Shown piece after piece: positions 27,266 to 32,000 of a stretch of DNA of 32,000 nt; positions within the stretch are counted from its first letter, which is position 1; every line of letters starts with the position of its first letter. The stretch covers positions 1-32,000 of the forward strand of contig CAZECW010000090.1 in the NCBI GenBank assembly GCA_964510585.1, in the 5' to 3' direction. The DNA is from an uncultured archaeon (lineage in GTDB: Archaea > Asgardarchaeota > Jordiarchaeia > Jordiarchaeales > Jordiarchaeaceae). The notes under the pieces were generated by a model that was not told where the DNA came from, ran no database searches, and was given only the letters and a program-made list of their open reading frames with translations. Made by a program: the position numbers and the translations under genes.

Positions 27266-27730
27266 TTGGTTGTTGAAGGTGTGACGGGTGATGTTGTTAG
27301 GGAGATTGTTGATGTGATGTGTGTTGTTTTTAATAGTCAGAGTCAGGATTTTAAGGATAGGATAAAGGGTATTACTGGTGGTTTGCGTAGGGTTTATCGG
27401 TTTGATGTTACTGACCTTGGTCTTTCTTTTGATGTTGAGCTTACTTCTGGGGGAGAGGTTGTTGTGCATTGGGATTTGCTTCCTGGGGAGCCGAATTTGG
27501 TGGTTTCTTCGGAGGCTTTGGTGTTTGATGGTGTGATGACTCAGAGGGTTAATCCTATGAAGGTTATGTTGTTGCGGAAGGTTAAGATTAAGGGTTCTCT
27601 TATGGAGGTTTCCAAGTTTAGGCCTATTCTTCCTTTGTTGAGTCCTTCTTATAAGAAGGCTAGGGTTCACATTGCGGAGAAGTATGGTTTGCAAGAGGCT
27701 TTGAAGAAGATGGATGAAGCGAAAATTTAG
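27266..27730 (+). CDS. SCP2 sterol/lipid-binding domain protein
   Basis: C-terminal pattern GEPNLVVSS....FDGVMTQRVNPMKVMLLRKVKIKGSLMEVSKFRPIL resembles the SCP2 fold. GGAGG at 27254-27258 favours TTG 27266 over ATG 27215. Confidence 0.7.
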   Translation: MVVEGVTGDVVREIVDVMCVVFNSQSQDFKDRIKGITGGLRRVYRFDVTDLGLSFDVELTSGGEVVVHWDLLPGEPNLVVSSEALVFDGVMTQRVNPMKVMLLRKVKIKGSLMEVSKFRPILPLLSPSYKKARVHIAEKYGLQEALKKMDEAKI

Positions 27731-28013
27731 TGCAAACAGTTAATGTTCTCGGGCATGTGAGGTTGTGCGGGGTTCTTTTTGCCCAAGGGTTTTTGTATTG
27801 TGGGATTTTTGTTTATTGTTGGTCTGTGGGATTGTTTGTAGAGGTTGGTTTTTGGTTTTATACCTGATTTTTTGGATGCTTTTTTATGTTTTTGTGGGTT
27901 TTCTGGTGGTGTGTCTTGTTTTTGTGTGGCTTTTTGGTTTCAAAAGTTTAAAAAGGGTGAGGGGCTTACTGGTGAATTTGTCTGTGGTTTTGTTGATAGC
28001 TTTTTGATGGGTT

Positions 28014-30011
28014 ATGGTTATGTGGTTATTTTTTGTGAGGTTTCTCAGGGGCTTGTATAGGGTTCCTTGCAGGTATCCTTTTGGTTACCTGATTGTTTTA
28101 GTGGAGGTTGTTTTTGTTTGCTTGTTTTTTTGGGGTTTATCTCCTTTTGAGGGGAGTGTGGTGGTTTCTCTTTTTCCTTTTGGGTATTTTTTCTTTTTTA
28201 GTTTGGTTGTTGATGTTGTTTTTTGTTTTTTTCTTTTTTCTAGGGACTCTTTTGTTTTTCCGGAGCTTGGTTTGAGATGTAGGGTTAATGTTTTTTCGGC
28301 TATTGTGGCTGTTACCTTGTTGCTGTTGCTGTTGTTGGTTTATCCTGTTTTGTGGGGTTTGGCGAATCATCTCTTGGTGATAAGGGCAACGGTCAATCAA
28401 ATGTTTTTGTCTTATGTTCTCTCTCTGCCCGTTGCAGTTGATTCTTTTAGGCTTTACAATTTGTATCGGGGGGTCAATGGTTTGGTTTTGTACTCTATGG
28501 GTTTTATTGCTTCTAGCACAGATGTTGTGGATAGAATTTTCTGGATTGTCAGCATTCGGTACTTTTATCTTTTGCCCGCGACTGAGAGGTTGAGTCGGGT
28601 TCGGTTTTTGAGGTTTCCTGTGGCTGTTGCTCCTGCTGTTTATTTGGTGGAGGTTTTTCAGTTGGCGGGTTCTCCGCTTACTTATATGGTTTCGGCGATT
28701 GTTTATTGTGTGGTGATACCTACCCTTATTTTTGAGGCTGTAGCTTTGGGCACTTCGACAACTTTTCGCTCTGGTGAGGTTAGGGTTCGGGTGAGTCAGT
28801 TTGATGTTATCCGCAGGTTGATAACTTGGGATATCTTGAGGGATACTGGTCTGGAGGATACTTTGTGTTTTGCCGATTTTAGAGAAACCTTCAGGGTGTG
28901 GACTGGAGTGGTGGCGTTTAAAACGGGGGAGGGGGAGGCTTCCTTGATGGTGGTTCCTTCGCTGCACCCTGGGCCTTTACTTTCTTTTTGTGGTTCTCTG
29001 CTTTCCTATAAGATTTCTGAAGCTTTGAGGGAAAATTATGAGTTAGTAATGGTTCCCCACTCTCCAAGTACGCATGATTTTAATCCTTCGTCGGCTTCCG
29101 AAATATATAGGATTGTGGAAGCGGTTCGCGGCTTTCTGGGGGGTGGGGATATGGAGTTTTACGAGTTTGCTTCGCCCATTTTTTCTGAGGAGAGTGTTGG
29201 AAGGGTGGGAAGATTGCGGGTCTTTTGTCAGGCTTTTAGTAATGGTGTAGACCAAAAGGTGCTAGTTTTCTGCGACCTGTCCGACGAGAACAACGGCGAC
29301 ATATCATATGGTGTAGGAAATTATCTCATTGAAACCGCTAAAAATGTGGGAGCAAAAGACGCCATAATTATCGACAAACACTTTTATCCCCACAGGGAGG
29401 AGCGTCCCCTCTACATGGAGGATCCCCTTGCTGAGGAGCTAAGAGCACTGGTGGAGAAGGCTGTGGGTAGAGCTTTGCAGTCCAGAAAAGAAAGGTTTTC
29501 GTTTGTGGGGTCCAAAATCACTAGGCGCGAGATAGAATCAGAGTGTGGAGAACTCGCTAAGGCTATAGGAAGGGATGGAATATCCATATTTGTTATAGAG
29601 TTGGAAAAAAGTAGGGAAAAATCTGCCTACATTCTCATAGATGCAAACACGGTGGAGCCCAAGTTAGGGGAAAAAATATTGAAGCTTTTTCTCAAAAGTG
29701 GATTCAGGGAAGATAATACTATAATTATGACCAGTGACACCCACCAAGACTTACATTTTCTAAAGTCGTTCGGCTCAAAAGAGGAAACCCACGAACCAAC
29801 CCTTAAAATAATTGAGAAACTTTTAGGCCAACTATCAAAACCCCGAAAAGCGTCGGTATCCCTGAATCAAGTGCTGAGCGAAGTGGATGTGTGGGGTCCG
29901 CTAAACGGAGAACGCTTTTTCACAGTCCTACTCAAAGCTTTCCCTAGAGCCTTATCCGCCCTACTACTCTACTGGTTGGTGGCCTTTATACTATCCCTAC
30001 TTACACTCTAG
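28014..30011 (+). CDS. DUF2070-family archaeal membrane protein
   Basis: Hydrophobic N-terminal third, then VPSLHPGPL...GS, HSPSTHDFNP, G.DGI, IDAN and TSDTH motifs, and a C-terminal TM helix. The start is uncertain. Confidence 0.75.
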   Translation: MVMWLFFVRFLRGLYRVPCRYPFGYLIVLVEVVFVCLFFWGLSPFEGSVVVSLFPFGYFFFFSLVVDVVFCFFLFSRDSFVFPELGLRCRVNVFSAIVAVTLLLLLLLVYPVLWGLANHLLVIRATVNQMFLSYVLSLPVAVDSFRLYNLYRGVNGLVLYSMGFIASSTDVVDRIFWIVSIRYFYLLPATERLSRVRFLRFPVAVAPAVYLVEVFQLAGSPLTYMVSAIVYCVVIPTLIFEAVALGTSTTFRSGEVRVRVSQFDVIRRLITWDILRDTGLEDTLCFADFRETFRVWTGVVAFKTGEGEASLMVVPSLHPGPLLSFCGSLLSYKISEALRENYELVMVPHSPSTHDFNPSSASEIYRIVEAVRGFLGGGDMEFYEFASPIFSEESVGRVGRLRVFCQAFSNGVDQKVLVFCDLSDENNGDISYGVGNYLIETAKNVGAKDAIIIDKHFYPHREERPLYMEDPLAEELRALVEKAVGRALQSRKERFSFVGSKITRREIESECGELAKAIGRDGISIFVIELEKSREKSAYILIDANTVEPKLGEKILKLFLKSGFREDNTIIMTSDTHQDLHFLKSFGSKEETHEPTLKIIEKLLGQLSKPRKASVSLNQVLSEVDVWGPLNGERFFTVLLKAFPRALSALLLYWLVAFILSLLTL

Positions 30012-30123
30012 AATATGTGCACACCCAAAATATTCAAAATTCTTAGTTCTAGGAGGTAAAAGGCTGGATTCAAGGAGGGGGACGTTTAACCATTGATGAT
30101 ATGCGCTATTGGTGTTTATTGGT

Positions 30124-32000
30124 TTAGAGAATTGTGCTGATTGTGTCTGCGAGGTTTTCTTTTTCGCTTTGAATTATGTTTTCAATGGTGTTTGCGGTTA
30201 CTTCTTCTATTTTGTAGTATGCGCCTTGAGCGTTTTCGGCAATTATTTTCATGTAGCCCACGCTTGGTGCAAAAATGTTGGGAACTTTTTCGGTGTCTAT
30301 TGATATGAGGTGTATTCCTTTGTCGTAGAAGAGTTTGGAAAGGGCTTTGAGCTCCTTTTCAATGTTGGCGCCGGGGCTGAGTGGCACGTTGGCGTGGCCG
30401 TCTGAGATGACCACAACTATTGGCACCGTAGAGCCGATTTTCAGTTTCTGGTTTTCAATAACTCTCAATGCTTTGTAGAGCCCGGCGGCCAGTGGTGTTT
30501 TTCCAGTTGAGGACAGGTCTCTTAGGTACTTTTTTCCAAGGATGAGGTGCTTTGTGGGTGGGACTAGAACTTCTGCCTGTGTGGACTTTAATATTATTAT
30601 TCCCACGTAATCTCTTTTAGGATATGATGCTGTTAGGATGGAGTAGGCTGCGCCCTTGGCTGCCTCGATTCTCTCATGAATGTTCATGGAGCTACTGGAG
30701 TCCACAACCAGTACTATGAGGAAGGAGATTTTGGTTTTTCTCATTTTGAATCTTAGGTCTTGGTGGTCTACTTGAAAAGATTCTTGGCCCCCGTTGTTGT
30801 TTTGGGAGAGTCTTAGAGCCGCGGCTTTTAGTGTGGCGTCAAAGGCTACGTCATGAAACTGGTTTTGGAACAGGCGGGGTTTTATGTAACGTCCCTTCGA
30901 TGTTTCTGATGTGACTGGAAACCTCTTTCCGTAGCCTCTGGCAGCCCTCCTAAGGTGTGTAGCTATGTTCAGCATTTTGGTTATGTTAATTGGCCTTCCA
31001 ATTTCACCAATCTTATTTTTGGGAGCTTTGCCCGCAACTCCAACTAGGTCTTGGATGCTGCTTTGGGTGCTCCTCTTCTCTGTTTCTGTTTCTTTTTTTG
31101 TTTGTTTTTTCTGGGTGCTGGGTGGATTGGAATTTTCCTGCAGGTTTTGAAGGGCCTGTTCGAGTTCCTTTTCTTTAGATTCGATTTCTTCGAAGGGCAG
31201 TCTTCTAAGCCTGTGGGGAAGAGCCAGCTTCGCGGCTTTTGTTATGTCCTCCATAGTAACTTCTGTCCTTCCTTCAAAGGCTGCCAAGGCTTTAGCAGTG
31301 CCCACAATTACAATGTCTGCTCTATGGGTATGGACATTCAAATCCAAGCACAACTTGGAAACAATGTCCAGAAGGTGATCACTGATTTCCACTCTGTTTA
31401 AAAGTTCTCGGGCTCTGATAATTTTTTCCCGCAATTCTCTCTGCAGTGAACTGTATTTTTCCTGGAAGGCCTTGGGGTCTTTTTCAAACTCCTCTCTTCT
31501 TCTAACTATCTCCTTTCTCTGTTCTACATCCTTTAGGGCCTCTATTTGTACACATAATCCGAATCTGTCAGATATTTGAGGTCTTAGTTCTCCCTCTTCG
31601 GGATTCATGGTTCCTATAAGAATGAACTTTGAGGGGTGAGCAACAGAAACTCCTTCCCGTTCCACAATATTTAGACCCATAGCCGCAGAGTCCAAGAGCA
31701 CATCTACCAGGTGATCCTCTAATAGGTTCACCTCGTCCACATATAGTATCCCCCGGTTTGCCTCCGCGAGGAGCCCCGGCTCTAGGCGGGCCCGCCCCTC
31801 TTTTAAGGCTGTCTCAACATTTAAGGAGCCAACCACCCTATCCTCGGTGGCGCTCAGCGGTAAGTCCACTACCTTCATTTTTCTTCTTTCCACTGGAAGT
31901 TCTTCTCCCCGCTCATACTTGTGCAAGCACTCGTCACACATTTCTGAAGTGTCTCTTGGATTACAGTTAAAGGGACATCCCTTTACAAACTCTATTTCCG
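30124..32000 (-). CDS. Mg/Co-chelatase BchI/ChlI-type AAA+ ATPase fused to a vWA domain (ChlD-like), 5'-partial
   Basis: The frame stays open to the window edge ([24 protein letters not shown]). Motifs: [55 protein letters not shown]; v[26 protein letters not shown]. Confidence 0.9.
   Translation of the reverse strand, partial: EIEFVKGCPFNCNPRDTSEMCDECLHKYERGEELPVERRKMKVVDLPLSATEDRVVGSLNVETALKEGRARLEPGLLAEANRGILYVDEVNLLEDHLVDVLLDSAAMGLNIVEREGVSVAHPSKFILIGTMNPEEGELRPQISDRFGLCVQIEALKDVEQRKEIVRRREEFEKDPKAFQEKYSSLQRELREKIIRARELLNRVEISDHLLDIVSKLCLDLNVHTHRADIVIVGTAKALAAFEGRTEVTMEDITKAAKLALPHRLRRLPFEEIESKEKELEQALQNLQENSNPPSTQKKQTKKETETEKRSTQSSIQDLVGVAGKAPKNKIGEIGRPINITKMLNIATHLRRAARGYGKRFPVTSETSKGRYIKPRLFQNQFHDVAFDATLKAAALRLSQNNNGGQESFQVDHQDLRFKMRKTKISFLIVLVVDSSSSMNIHERIEAAKGAAYSILTASYPKRDYVGIIILKSTQAEVLVPPTKHLILGKKYLRDLSSTGKTPLAAGLYKALRVIENQKLKIGSTVPIVVVISDGHANVPLSPGANIEKELKALSKLFYDKGIHLISIDTEKVPNIFAPSVGYMKIIAENAQGAYYKIEEVTANTIENIIQSEKENLADTISTIL

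Noticed and set aside
26856-28060. Small hydrophobic + strand ORFs (26856..27083, 27055..27276, 27765..28007, 27845..28060)
   Set aside because: G/T-rich DNA automatically encodes F/V/L/G/C strings with few stops. The GGAGG before ATG 27070 is only 3 nt away. A real small membrane protein cannot be fully excluded, but there is no positive support.
28137-28967. 276-aa minus-strand ORF (and 27218..27694, 26142..26447)
   Set aside because: Same skew artefact on the complementary strand. Composition is Q/N/K/P/T-rich with no motifs, and they overlap real genes.

Overview
Archaeal chromosomal window with about 27 intact or partial CDSs and no rRNA, tRNA, CRISPR array or transposase that I can recognise. 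A stand-alone longin-like protein, fwdG/fwdB, DUF2070, BRE/TATA promoters and GGAGG/GGTG ribosome-binding sites suggest an Asgard archaeon; the taxonomy is inference. It is a dense anaerobic catabolic region with these parts: (i) two tandem paralogous membrane proteins; (ii) a ~9 kb cluster mixing corrinoid methyl-transfer genes (two UroD/MtaA-superfamily methyltransferases, two corrinoid proteins) with a GH38 alpha-mannosidase, a frameshifted D-lyxose/D-mannose isomerase and a Thr-type sulfatase-like hydrolase; (iii) an acyl-CoA dehydrogenase and a ferredoxin; (iv) an AT-rich island with nested inverted repeats and the longin gene; (v) an orphan fwdG-fwdB pair; (vi) a 2-hydroxyacyl-CoA dehydratase/benzoyl-CoA-reductase-family triad; (vii) a class III aminotransferase, an FGGY kinase and a convergent Form IV RuBisCO-like protein; (viii) SCP2, DUF2070 and a BchI-vWA chelatase cut by the window edge. 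The most striking sequence-level signal is an extreme strand-composition inversion: the + strand is A/C-rich left of ~25.8 kb and G/T-rich right of it. The switch lies inside the RuBisCO-like gene, flips synonymous codon choice within that one ORF and ignores gene orientation. Weaker waves of the same kind recur across the window. Family assignments come from motif recognition, not database searches.
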